Assembly: GCA_964420365.1 (NCBI GenBank)
Contig: CAYQTA010000077.1
Span: 13,070-77,069 of the forward strand
Reading direction: 5' to 3'
DNA from: an uncultured Acidobacteriota bacterium
Lineage (GTDB): Bacteria; Acidobacteriota; Polarisedimenticolia; J045
DNA: 64,000 nt
Part shown: positions 17,778 through 26,879 of the stretch, piece after piece
Numbering within the stretch: position 1 is the first letter of the stretch
Layout: each line of letters opens with the position of its first letter
Position numbers and translations under genes: made by a program
The notes under the pieces: generated by a model
Told to the model about the DNA's origin: nothing
The model's input: the letters and a program-made list of their open reading frames with translations, nothing else
Databases searched by the model: none

Positions 17778-18542
17778 TCAGGACTGGATCGCGGCGACCA
17801 GGGCCGGCACGACGGTCCCGGCCGGTCCGCCGAGGAACACGTCGGTCACCGTTCCGGTGTAGCGGGTCGGCTCCAGGTTGACCTCGACGATCCGCGCGCC
17901 GTGGGAGCACGCCAGGTCGGGCAGGCTTCCCGCCGGGTGGATCTCGCCGGTCGTCCCGACGACGAGCCACGCATCGGCCTCCCGTGTCTCCGCGAGGGCC
18001 GCCGCCATCGCCCCGTCCGGCAGCGGCTCGCCGAAGAACACGAAGTCCGGCTTCAGCACGTCCCCGCAACGGGCACAGCGGGGCGGGAGCCGTTCGAGCA
18101 GCTCTTCCCCGGCGGGGAACCGCGCCCCGCAGGCCGGGCAGACGAGCTGCCGCGAGTTCCCGTGCAACTCGATGACGCGGCGGCTCCCGGCACGCCGGTG
18201 AAGGTCGTCGATGTTCTGGGTGATCACGCCGGCAAGAGCGCCGGCGCGCTCCATCCGGGCCAGCGCCTCGTGGGCCGCGTTCGGCCGGGCGTCCCGGAAG
18301 TGCCCGTAGAAGAGGTCCCGGATCAGCGGCCAGCACTCCCCGGGCGCGGCACGGAACCGGTCGATGTCGAGGAGGGAGGGGTCCACCCGGGACCACAGGC
18401 CGTCCGGGCCCCGGAAGGGCGGGATCCCGCTCTCGACGGAGATGCCGGCCCCCGTGAACGCGACCGCCCGGCGGGCGCCGCGCAGGATCTCCGCGGCGCG
18501 GGCCAGGGCTTCCTCGTCGAACCGCGTGTCCCCCTTCTCCAT
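17778..18542 (-). CDS. cobB: NAD-dependent protein deacetylase, Sir2 family (CobB)
   Basis: Motifs GAGISVESGIPPFRG, TQNIDDLH, Zn ribbon CPACG...CARCG, and HG preceding NAD pocket. Confidence 0.85.
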   Translation of the reverse strand: MEKGDTRFDEEALARAAEILRGARRAVAFTGAGISVESGIPPFRGPDGLWSRVDPSLLDIDRFRAAPGECWPLIRDLFYGHFRDARPNAAHEALARMERAGALAGVITQNIDDLHRRAGSRRVIELHGNSRQLVCPACGARFPAGEELLERLPPRCARCGDVLKPDFVFFGEPLPDGAMAAALAETREADAWLVVGTTGEIHPAGSLPDLACSHGARIVEVNLEPTRYTGTVTDVFLGGPAGTVVPALVAAIQS

Positions 18543-18579
18543 CGAATCGCCTCCTCCCGGGAAGGGTACCGCGAGCGGG

Positions 18580-18616
18580 GCCGGGGATGCGCGCCCGGCG
18601 ACCTTCCCGTAGAATG
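18580..18616 (+). promoter_or_regulatory. candidate sigma70-type promoter for tRNA-His (hexamer TAGAAT 11 nt upstream of tRNA 5-prime end)
   Basis: TAGAAT at about 18610-18615 in the cobB/tRNA intergenic spacer; -35 not convincing. Confidence 0.3.
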
Positions 18617-18626
18617 CGCCGCGCGT

Positions 18627-18703
18627 GCAGCCGTAGCTCAGCTGGCAAGAGCGCCTGACTGTGGATCAGGAGGTCCTGGGTTCAAATCCCAGCGGCTGTA
18701 CCA
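18627..18703 (+). tRNA. tRNA-His (anticodon GUG), encoded CCA, no encoded G-1, G1-U72, A73
   Basis: Cloverleaf: acceptor GCAGCCG/CGGCTGT, D-stem GCTC/GAGC, anticodon stem CCTGA/TCAGG with loop CTGTGGA (U33, GTG, purine-37), T-arm CTGGG-TTCAAAT-CCCAG, 3-prime A-CCA; base at -1 is T. Confidence 0.8.
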
Positions 18704-18802
18704 GTTCGCCCCATCACCGCCACCAGGCGGGGCGGGCCGGGCCCCCGCGGCACCCGGGGACCTCTCTCCGGCGCCGCCCCGGTCCCCCCGGAGGGGGGTC
18801 CC

Positions 18803-20269
18803 ATGGCCGGTCAGCGCACGAAAGCCCGGATCCTCAAGGGATTCCGCGACATCTTCGGGGCGACCCTCGTCCGGCGCCGGCGGATGATCGAGACGATCCT
18901 GGGCGTCTACGAGCGGCACGGCTTCAGTCCCCTCGAGACGCCGACCATCGAGTACGCCGAGGTGCTCGGCAAGTACCTCCCGGACGCGGACCTGCCCGCG
19001 GGCGGCATCTTCGCCTTCCGGGACGAGAAGGACGAGTGGGTCGCCCTCCGCTACGACCTGACCGCCCCCCTGTCCCGGGTGGTCGCGATGTACCCGGACC
19101 TCCCCCTGCCCTACAGGCGCTACCAGGTCGGTCTCGTCTTCCGCCAGGAGAAGCCGGGCCCGGGACGTTTTCGCGAGTTCACCCAGTGCGACATCGACAC
19201 GGTCGGCACCGCGCAGATGGTCGCCGACGCGGAGATTCTCGAGGTCCTGTGCGAGGTGTTCGAGGCCCTCGGGATCCGCCGCGGCGACTACGTGCTCCGG
19301 GTGAGCAACCGGAAGCTGCTCAACGGCGTGCTCGAGAAGGCCGGGATCGACCTCGCGGACGGCGACCGCTGGTTCACCGTGGTCCGCGCCATCGACAAGC
19401 TGGACCGGGTCGGCATGAGCGGGGTGCGGGACCTGCTCGGGCCCGGCCGCAGGGATCCCTCCGGCGACTTCACGCCAGGCGCTCGCCTCTCGCCGGACCA
19501 GGTGGACGCGGTCGTGCGGCTCCTCGCCGTCCCGCGGGACGACCGGGCCGCGACCATCCGGGAACTCGAGCCCCTGGTGACCGGGTCGGCCATCGGAGAG
19601 GAGGGGCTCGCCGAGCTCTCCGAGATCGACACGCTCCTCGCCGCGGCGGGGCTCGGAAGCGACCGCGTGATCGTCGATCCGACCGTGGTTCGGGGCCTCG
19701 GTTACTACACCGGCCCCGTCTTCGAGGCGGAGCTGACCTTCGAGATCACCGACGAGAAGGGCCGGGCTCGCCGGTTCGGCTCCGTCGCGGGCGGGGGACG
19801 CTACGACGACCTGGTCGAGCGGTTCCTCGGCCGGAAGGTTCCGGCCACCGGTGCCGCGCTCGGGGTCGACCGCCTCCTCGCCGCCCTCGAGGAGCTGGAG
19901 CGGGGGCGGGAGAAACCCTGGGAGGGCCCGGTCCTGGTCACCGTGATGGACCGGGACCGCCTGCCGGAGTACGTTCGGATCGCCCGCGAGCTCCGGGACG
20001 CGGGGATCGCGGCGGAGGTCTACGTGGGCAGGAAGGGCGTCGGCCAGCAGCTCAAGTACGCCGATCGGCGCCGCCTTCCCGCCGTCGTCATCGCCGGGGA
20101 GGACGAGTTCGCCGCGGGGACCGTCTCGATCAAGGACCTGGCCCGGGGCCGGGTCCTCGCCGAGCAGGTGGACGACCGGGAAACGTGGCGCCGGGAACGC
20201 CCCGCCCAGGTCACGGTCCCGAGGGATCGGATGGTCGACACGATCCGGGAGATCCTCGGAGGCCCCTGA
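18803..20269 (+). CDS. hisS: histidine--tRNA ligase (elongated 488-aa form)
   Basis: Class II aaRS motifs: N-terminal KGFRDIFG...ETILGVYERHGF, motif 2 FRQEKPGPGRFREFTQCDIDTVG, motif 3 AGGGRYDDLV, C-terminal anticodon-binding domain; ATG with GGAGGGGGG RBS. Confidence 0.85.
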   Translation: MAGQRTKARILKGFRDIFGATLVRRRRMIETILGVYERHGFSPLETPTIEYAEVLGKYLPDADLPAGGIFAFRDEKDEWVALRYDLTAPLSRVVAMYPDLPLPYRRYQVGLVFRQEKPGPGRFREFTQCDIDTVGTAQMVADAEILEVLCEVFEALGIRRGDYVLRVSNRKLLNGVLEKAGIDLADGDRWFTVVRAIDKLDRVGMSGVRDLLGPGRRDPSGDFTPGARLSPDQVDAVVRLLAVPRDDRAATIRELEPLVTGSAIGEEGLAELSEIDTLLAAAGLGSDRVIVDPTVVRGLGYYTGPVFEAELTFEITDEKGRARRFGSVAGGGRYDDLVERFLGRKVPATGAALGVDRLLAALEELERGREKPWEGPVLVTVMDRDRLPEYVRIARELRDAGIAAEVYVGRKGVGQQLKYADRRRLPAVVIAGEDEFAAGTVSIKDLARGRVLAEQVDDRETWRRERPAQVTVPRDRMVDTIREILGGP

Positions 20270-20283
20270 CGGGAGAAGCCCGC

Positions 20284-21765
20284 TCAGCGCAGGGTCGGCT
20301 GGAGGCCGGCGGCCCGCGCCTCGATGTCGGCGGCGCGGGAGCGCACCGCCGGGTCCAGGTCCTCCCGCCCCAGCAGGAGCCGGGCGGCCGCCCCGGCGAG
20401 CGGGGGGTCGATCGGAAGCGCCGCCTCCGCGATCTTCAGGGCGAGGCCTTCCGGCATCCCGGTTCCCCCGGCCAGGAATGCCCCGCGCAGGGCCGCGGCC
20501 GCCTCCGCGGCGTCTCCCCGCGCCGCGAGCTCGCGGGCCAGGTGGAGGAACCCCGTCGCCCCGAGCCCGGCCCCGGGGACCAGCTCCCGCAGTTCCCGCC
20601 ACTGGGCCACGGCATCGTCGACCGCCCCGGCCCGGAGGCGCCCCTCGATCCAGCGGGCGACGAACGGAGCCGCCTCTCCCGCGCGGCCGGTCTCGACGGC
20701 GACCTGCCAGAGGGCGGGGGGCAGGTCCGGGTCGGCGGGATGCCTCCGGGCGGCCTCCAGCAGGATCGCGAAGGCCTCGTCCGGACGACCGGCCTCCCGG
20801 GCCGCGAACGCCTTCTCGACGATGCCCGCCGAGGCTGCCCGCGTGGTGATCTTCGCCTCGATCTCCGGCCGGATGAACCGCTCCTCGATCCGCCAGCGGC
20901 GCATCGCGAGGGCGAACGCCGCCCCGAAGGCGAACCCGCCGACGTGGGCCCAGTGGGCGGTCCCGGCCACGATTCCCTGCGTGGCGCTCACGATGCCGGA
21001 GAAAGCCTCCAGGGCGAACCAGAGACCCAGCATCAACCAGGAGGGGGCCTTGAACGTTCCGCGGACGAGGAATCCCACCATGTAGAAAAACCGCATCCGG
21101 GTGTTCCAGTACCGGACGAGGAAGGCCCCCATCGCGCCGGCGATCGCCCCCGAGGCCCCGATCACCGGGATCGCGGAGCCGGGGTGCAGGGCCACGTGGG
21201 CGAGGGCCGCGACGAGCCCCGCCCCCAGGTAGAACGCCGCGTAGAGGGGCCGGCCCCAGGCGTCCTCGATGAACGGTCCGACGAGGAACAGCAGCAGGAG
21301 GTTCCCGAGCAGGTGCCCGATCCCGGCGTGCAGGAACATGTGGGTCAGGAACGCGTGGGGGCGGGGATGTCGGGGCACCAGGCCGAACCGTCGCCACGGA
21401 TGGCTTTCCACCGCGGCCCGCAGGGCGCCGGTCCGCCGGGCGAACTCCTCCCGCGGATCGGGGGTGTCCCGCCCCGGGGAGGAACGTCCCCGCTGCCGCC
21501 GGGTCCCCGGGAAAAGACGGCCCGGTTCCGCCGTGCCGACCGTCCCCTCGAGATAGTCGACCAGCCAGGGATCCGGCGCGAGGCCCGGATGAGCCTGCCA
21601 CCACTCCATCGTTCGGGCGAACTCCATCGCGACGCGCACGTGCGCCTTCGCGACGAGGGGCAGGAGGCCCAGCCACAGGACGGCGCACGCCCCCATCACG
21701 GCGAACGTCACCCAGGGCAGCCGGCGAACCGTCTGGCTGTCGTGGCCGATCGGCAGCAGGATCAC
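20284..21765 (-). CDS. rhomboid-family intramembrane serine protease with C-terminal TPR-like domain
   Basis: Rhomboid motifs HLLGNLLLLFLVG and GASGAIAG (GxSG) plus AHVGGFAFG (catalytic His); GTG start at 21763-21765 after GGGAGG; the track ORF extends further as Ser/Arg-rich junk overlapping the divergent gene. Confidence 0.7.
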   Translation of the reverse strand: MILLPIGHDSQTVRRLPWVTFAVMGACAVLWLGLLPLVAKAHVRVAMEFARTMEWWQAHPGLAPDPWLVDYLEGTVGTAEPGRLFPGTRRQRGRSSPGRDTPDPREEFARRTGALRAAVESHPWRRFGLVPRHPRPHAFLTHMFLHAGIGHLLGNLLLLFLVGPFIEDAWGRPLYAAFYLGAGLVAALAHVALHPGSAIPVIGASGAIAGAMGAFLVRYWNTRMRFFYMVGFLVRGTFKAPSWLMLGLWFALEAFSGIVSATQGIVAGTAHWAHVGGFAFGAAFALAMRRWRIEERFIRPEIEAKITTRAASAGIVEKAFAAREAGRPDEAFAILLEAARRHPADPDLPPALWQVAVETGRAGEAAPFVARWIEGRLRAGAVDDAVAQWRELRELVPGAGLGATGFLHLARELAARGDAAEAAAALRGAFLAGGTGMPEGLALKIAEAALPIDPPLAGAAARLLLGREDLDPAVRSRAADIEARAAGLQPTLR

Positions 21766-21856
21766 GGGGCCTCCCGGACCTCCCCCCGCGGAATGTAGGG
21801 TCCCCCCGTGTCGGGTACCATGGGCCGGTTCCAGGAGATCCCGGGAGCGGGAGGAG

Positions 21857-23074
21857 ATGCGCATGGCGGACGGAGGCTTCCACGCCCGACGGGTGGCGAT
21901 CCTCGGGGCCGGGCGCCAGGGGTGCGCCGCGGCGTGGGATGCCCTCGTGCACGGGGGGGCGGCGGGCATCCGCCTCATCGACGCCGACCCGGGCCGCCTG
22001 GCCCGGGCGACGGCCCGGCTGGCCGACCTCTGCCCCGGGGCGCCGGTGGAAGCCCGGCGAGTGGACGCCTCGGATCCCGTGGCGACGGCGGCCGCCCTGC
22101 GCGGAACGTCCGCCGCGTTGTCGGCACTCCCGTACCGGCTGGGACCGGCCGCGGCCCGGGCGGCACTGGAGGCCGGGGTCCACCTCGTCGACCTCGGGGG
22201 GAACACGGCGCTCTCGCGGGAGATCCTCTCCCTGGACGGGGAAGCCCGGGAGGCGGGCATCGCGCTGGTGCCGGACACCGGTCTCGCCCCGGGCCTCGTG
22301 GTCACGCTGGTCGTCGCCGGCATGGAACGCCTCGGGGAACCGCGGGAGGCCCGCGCCTGGTGCGGTGGCCTGCCGGAACGCCCCGTGGGGCCCCTCGGCT
22401 ACCGGGCGGTGTTCAGCCTGGAGGGGCTGCTCAACGAGTACGCGGGGACGGCACGGTGGCTTCGCGGCGGCCGCCCGGTCGACGTGCCCGCCCTCGACGA
22501 GGAATGCCGGGTCGAGTTCCCACCCCTCGGCACCCTCGAGGCATTCGCCACGTCCGGGGGGCTGGGCACGGCACCGGACAGCCTGGCCGGGCGACTCGAG
22601 GTCCTCGAGTACCGTACGCTCCGCTGGCCGGGACACCTGGCGAAGATCCGCTCCTTCGCCGAGCTGGGCCTGCTCGCGGAAGACCCGGTGCCGGACGGCC
22701 GGGGCGGCACGGTTCGCCCGCGGGACCTCCTGCTCCGCCTCCTCGCTCCGCTGGTGGACCACCCGGAGGTCCCGGACCTGGTCTTCCTCCGGGTCGAGGT
22801 GACCGGGCTGCGGGACGGCACTCCCGCGGGGGTCGTGCTCGAGCTCCTCGACCGCGAGGACCCGCGCACCGGGTTCACGGCGATGGAACGCTGCACCGCC
22901 CTTCCCGCGACGACGGTCCTCGAGATGGCCGCCGCCGGCGAGATCGCCCCGGGGGCCAGGCCACTCGAGGAAGCGGCGCCTCCCGGGCCGTTCCTGTCAC
23001 GATTCGCACGGCGTCCCCTCCGGGTGAAGGTCCGCGAGACCCGGCCGGGGGACGCGATGGAGACCCGACGATGA
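21857..23074 (+). CDS. saccharopine dehydrogenase-family NAD(P)-binding protein
   Basis: N-terminal Rossmann VAILGAGRQG, saccharopine DH-like architecture; GGAGGAG RBS. Confidence 0.7.
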   Translation: MRMADGGFHARRVAILGAGRQGCAAAWDALVHGGAAGIRLIDADPGRLARATARLADLCPGAPVEARRVDASDPVATAAALRGTSAALSALPYRLGPAAARAALEAGVHLVDLGGNTALSREILSLDGEAREAGIALVPDTGLAPGLVVTLVVAGMERLGEPREARAWCGGLPERPVGPLGYRAVFSLEGLLNEYAGTARWLRGGRPVDVPALDEECRVEFPPLGTLEAFATSGGLGTAPDSLAGRLEVLEYRTLRWPGHLAKIRSFAELGLLAEDPVPDGRGGTVRPRDLLLRLLAPLVDHPEVPDLVFLRVEVTGLRDGTPAGVVLELLDREDPRTGFTAMERCTALPATTVLEMAAAGEIAPGARPLEEAAPPGPFLSRFARRPLRVKVRETRPGDAMETRR

Positions 23075-23550
23075 GCCCGACCGAGGGACGCACTCCCGCC
23101 CACAGCCGGACCGTGATGACCGAGCTGGTCCTCCCCGCCGACACGAACAACTACGGGCACATCTTCGGCGGCCGCCTGCTCGCCCTCGCCGACAAGTGCG
23201 CCGGGATGGCCGCGATGCGCCACTGCAACCTGCCCGTGGTCACGGCGTCGTTCGACCGGGTCGACTTCCTTCGCCCGGTCAAGGCCGGGATGATCGTGAT
23301 CCTGACCGGGATCGTGAACGCCGCCTTCCGCACGTCGATGGAGGTCGGGGTCACCGTCGAGGCGGAAGACCCGGTCACCGGGTCGCGGGTCACGACCTGC
23401 CGCGCCCTGATCACGGTCGTCGCCATCGATCACACGGGGCGCCCGGCGCCGGTCCCGCCGCTGGTCCCGGAAACCGACGAGGAGCGGGCCCGCATGGAGC
23501 GGGCCGCGGAACGGCGGCGGCGACGGCTCGAGACCCGGGAGCAGTACTGA
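23071..23550 (+). CDS. acyl-CoA thioesterase (hotdog fold, YciA-like)
   Basis: ATG overlapping upstream TGA (ATGA); motif HSRTVMTELVLPADTNNYGHIFGGRLLALADKCAGMAA typical of YciA-type thioesterases. Confidence 0.75.
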   Translation: MSPTEGRTPAHSRTVMTELVLPADTNNYGHIFGGRLLALADKCAGMAAMRHCNLPVVTASFDRVDFLRPVKAGMIVILTGIVNAAFRTSMEVGVTVEAEDPVTGSRVTTCRALITVVAIDHTGRPAPVPPLVPETDEERARMERAAERRRRRLETREQY

Positions 23551-23556
23551 CGCGCG

Positions 23557-24948
23557 TCAGGCACCGTCCACGCGGACGACATCCTCCCCGCCGACGCGGA
23601 AGGACAGCGCCCCGATGGGCGGCAGGCCCGACGCCTCCCCGTGGGCGGTGGCGATCGCCCGCGCCTCCTCGAGCACGTCCGCCGGCGCGGTGATCCTCCA
23701 CGCCCCGCCCCGGGTCGGCCGCGCGAGGGCCCGCAGGCGGCGCAGGAGCCGGCGCGCCCGCGCGGCGGCCCCGGGAACGATCGAGCGGCCGCAGCACCGG
23801 CAGGGCTCCCCCAGCAGCCGCTCGAGGGGCGGACGCCGGCGCTGGCGGCTGATTCGCACGAGGGTGAACTCCGCCGGCGGTGCCCAGCGGATCCGCGCCC
23901 GGTCGCGGGCGAAGACCTCCTCGAGCCGCGCGGCCAGCGCCCGGCGGGACGCTCCCCGCTGCATGTCGATGAAGTCGGCGACGACCAGGCCGCCGAGCTC
24001 CCGCAGGCGGAGCTGTCGTCCGAGCTCCTCCGCGGCCTCCAGGTTCGTCCGCAGGGCGGTCTCCTCGAGGCTGGCCCCGGAGACGTCGCGGCCCGAGTTC
24101 ACGTCGACCGCGACCATCGCCTCGGTCGCCTGGATCACCAGCCGTCCGCCCCCGGGCAGGGGCACCTCGGGGGAGAAGACCTCGTCGAGGGCCCGGTCGA
24201 GGCCGTACGCCTCGATCGCGGGGAGCGGACCCCGGTGAACGCGGACCGGGGGCAGGCGTTCCTCCCCCGCGGTCCCGGCGAAGAGGTCCTCGTCGCCGGG
24301 CTCGACCACCACCTCGTCCACGTCCCGTCCTCCCTGGTCCCGGACGAAGGCCCGCGCCGGGTCCTCCTCCTCGTGGAGGGGCAGCGGGGCCCGGGCTCGC
24401 GCGGCCCGGTCCACGATCGAGGCCCATCGTGCCACCAGCTCGTCCAGCTCCCCGCGCAGGTCCTCTTCCCCTGCCCCCGCCGCGGCCGTGCGTGCGATCA
24501 CCCCGAGGCCTTCCGGGGCGATCCGTTCCAGGATCCCCCGGAGGCGTTCCCGCTCCGCCTCCGAGACGATCTTCCGGCTGATCCCCCGGTGGGTGACCCG
24601 GGGCGCCAGGACGAGGCGCCACCCGGGAAGGGTGATGTCGCGGGTCACCCGCGGTCCCTTGCCGGCGTCCGCCTCGCGGGTGACCTGCACGAGCACGTCC
24701 TCTCCTTCACGCGGCAGGTCGCCTTCCGGGACGGGGAGGAACGCGTCCCTGCCCAGCCCGACGTCGACGAACGCGCCCGCGACGCCCGGGACCGCCCGGA
24801 CCACCCGTCCGAGGAAGATCGCCCCGAGCAGCCGTCCTTCCGCCAGGGGTCGAACGACGAGCTCGGTCACGCGTCCCGCCTCGAGGAGGGCGAGCCAGCG
24901 CTCGCCCAGGTCCCGGGCGACCACGATCCGGGAGGAGGTCTCGGGCAT
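23557..24948 (-). CDS. rng: ribonuclease G/E family endoribonuclease (RNase G)
   Basis: S1 domain GAIFLGRVVRAVPGVAGAFVDVGLGRDAFL matches E. coli Rng N-terminus, catalytic region LVVADFIDM; start MPETSSRIVVARD chosen by alignment to Rng (alternative ATG 33 nt upstream). Confidence 0.85.
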   Translation of the reverse strand: MPETSSRIVVARDLGERWLALLEAGRVTELVVRPLAEGRLLGAIFLGRVVRAVPGVAGAFVDVGLGRDAFLPVPEGDLPREGEDVLVQVTREADAGKGPRVTRDITLPGWRLVLAPRVTHRGISRKIVSEAERERLRGILERIAPEGLGVIARTAAAGAGEEDLRGELDELVARWASIVDRAARARAPLPLHEEEDPARAFVRDQGGRDVDEVVVEPGDEDLFAGTAGEERLPPVRVHRGPLPAIEAYGLDRALDEVFSPEVPLPGGGRLVIQATEAMVAVDVNSGRDVSGASLEETALRTNLEAAEELGRQLRLRELGGLVVADFIDMQRGASRRALAARLEEVFARDRARIRWAPPAEFTLVRISRQRRRPPLERLLGEPCRCCGRSIVPGAAARARRLLRRLRALARPTRGGAWRITAPADVLEEARAIATAHGEASGLPPIGALSFRVGGEDVVRVDGA

Positions 24949-25081
24949 CGGCGGCTCCGTGCGGGGGGTCCCGGGGATCATCTCCCTCCCGTCCCCCCCG
25001 TGGCAAGCGGCCCACTTCAGGAGGGAGGGCGAACGGCCGATACGTCCCCCGGGAAGGCCGGGAGACGAAGGAGGTCGAGCC

Positions 25082-26869
25082 ATGCCCACGTCCGAGTGGC
25101 CCCGACCGGGCACGATCGACCCGTCGGAACCGGTGGAGATCGCGCCGCGCACCTGGTGGGTCGGCTGGTACCACGAGGGCGATTCCTTCCAGTGCCACAC
25201 CTACCTGCTGGAGCAGGGGGACCAGTCGGTCCTGATCGACCCGGGATCCCGGCTGACCTTCCGGCACACGCTGGCGAAGATCGAGCGAATCGTTCCCTTC
25301 TCCTCGATCCGCTGGTTCGTCTGCCAGCACCAGGACCCGGACATCACGGGAGCCCTCCCGGTGATCGACGAACTGGTTTCGCGGGAGGACGCCCGGATCG
25401 TGACGCACTGGCGGACACGCACGATGCTCGTGCACCTCGCCCCGCGGATCCCGTTCTGGCTGGTCGACGAACACGGCTGGAAGCTGCCCCTCGCGGACCG
25501 CGAGCTGGAGTTCGTCTTCACCCCGTACGCCCATTTCGCCGGGGCGTTCTGCACGTTCGATCCGTCGACGGGGGTCCTGTTCTCGAGCGACCTGTTCGGC
25601 GGCTTCACCGAGGGATTCTCCCTCTACGCGGAAGACGAGGCGTACTTCGAGGCGATGCGCCCGTTCCACGAGCACTACGTCCCGTCGCGGGACATCCTGG
25701 CCCACGCGATGGACCGTCTCGGCGAGCTGCCGATCCGAACGATCGCCCCCCAGCACGGCTCGATCATCCCGGGCCCCCTGGTCGTTCCCCTGATGACCCG
25801 CCTCGCAGGGCTCGACTGCGGTCTCTTCCTCCTCGCGCGGGACGACAGCAACCTCGAGCACCTGCTGCGGCTCCAGAGAATCCTCTCCGGGATCACCCGG
25901 GCAATGGTCACGTACCGGGACTTCCGGGAGGTCGCCCACGCGTTCCACGAGCTGGTCGGCGAGATCCTTCCGCTCCGGGACCTGGAGTTCTGGTCGCGGA
26001 CGGACGTGGAAGACCGGATCCTGCACCTGTCGCCCCGGGACCGTTACCGGGGCCGGTACGAGGATCCACCCGAGGAGGTCTCCCGGGTGCTCGACGTCGA
26101 GGAGCGGCTCTGGTTCGACCTGAATCCCCGCGGGTTCGACCTCCTGCCGGGGAACGACGGTACGACCCGCGTGGTCCTGCCCCTCTTCTCACCGGGCCGG
26201 GGAGTCGCGGACGCCGTGGCGCTCGCCCGGGTCGCCGCCGCGGAAGTCCCCGAAGAGGACCTGGAGGTGGTACTCGGCCCCCTGCGCCCGGCCCTCCAGG
26301 CGGCCGTGGAGCGGGAGGTGCTCTTCCGGGTTCTCGACCTCGAGAAGGAGAAGATCTACGAGCGGTCGATCCGGGACTCGCTCACCGGCCTCTACACCCG
26401 CGTCTACATGAAGGAAGCGGTCGCCCGGCTGATGCGCCTCCACGACCGGGAGCAAACGGCCGGGCTCGCCCTCGCGATGGTCGACATCGACCATTTCAAG
26501 TCGGTCAACGACACGTACGGGCACCTGGAGGGTGACCGGGTCCTGGCGGCGGTCGCGCGCGTCATCCGGGACACCGTGCGCGCCTCCGACATCCCGGTGC
26601 GGTTCGGTGGGGAGGAGTTCGCGATCTTCCTCGTCGGGCGGGGAGACGGGCTCGAGGTCGCCGACCGGGTCCGTCGCCGGGTGGAGGAGCTCACGCTCGA
26701 CGGTCCCCTCGGGGATCGCCGGGTAACGGTCAGCGCCGGCGTGGCGTCCCGGCGGCCGGGCGAATCCCTCGAGGCCTGGATCGCCCGGGCAGATGCCGCC
26801 CTCTACCGGGCCAAGGAGTCGGGCCGCAACCGGGTCGTCGTCGCGCAGGAGGTCCCGGTCGCGTCCTGA
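25082..26869 (+). CDS. sensor diguanylate cyclase: N-terminal MBL-like diiron (ODP / flavodiiron-type) domain fused to GGDEF
   Basis: N-terminal WWVGWYHEGDSFQCHTYLL...VCQHQDPDITGALP resembles the metallo-beta-lactamase-like diiron domain of flavodiiron/ODP proteins; C-terminal GGDEF domain with intact RFGGEEF active site and upstream RxxD-like I-site region; AGGAGG RBS. Confidence 0.75.
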   Translation: MPTSEWPRPGTIDPSEPVEIAPRTWWVGWYHEGDSFQCHTYLLEQGDQSVLIDPGSRLTFRHTLAKIERIVPFSSIRWFVCQHQDPDITGALPVIDELVSREDARIVTHWRTRTMLVHLAPRIPFWLVDEHGWKLPLADRELEFVFTPYAHFAGAFCTFDPSTGVLFSSDLFGGFTEGFSLYAEDEAYFEAMRPFHEHYVPSRDILAHAMDRLGELPIRTIAPQHGSIIPGPLVVPLMTRLAGLDCGLFLLARDDSNLEHLLRLQRILSGITRAMVTYRDFREVAHAFHELVGEILPLRDLEFWSRTDVEDRILHLSPRDRYRGRYEDPPEEVSRVLDVEERLWFDLNPRGFDLLPGNDGTTRVVLPLFSPGRGVADAVALARVAAAEVPEEDLEVVLGPLRPALQAAVEREVLFRVLDLEKEKIYERSIRDSLTGLYTRVYMKEAVARLMRLHDREQTAGLALAMVDIDHFKSVNDTYGHLEGDRVLAAVARVIRDTVRASDIPVRFGGEEFAIFLVGRGDGLEVADRVRRRVEELTLDGPLGDRRVTVSAGVASRRPGESLEAWIARADAALYRAKESGRNRVVVAQEVPVAS

Positions 26870-26879
26870 AGCGGGACCG

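Noticed and set aside
18638-22762. 1374-aa minus ORF and 18661..21798 + 1045-aa ORF covering tRNA-His, hisS and the rhomboid gene
   Set aside because: They overlap a tRNA and are antisense or out of frame relative to hisS, which has all class II motifs; no conserved motifs in these frames
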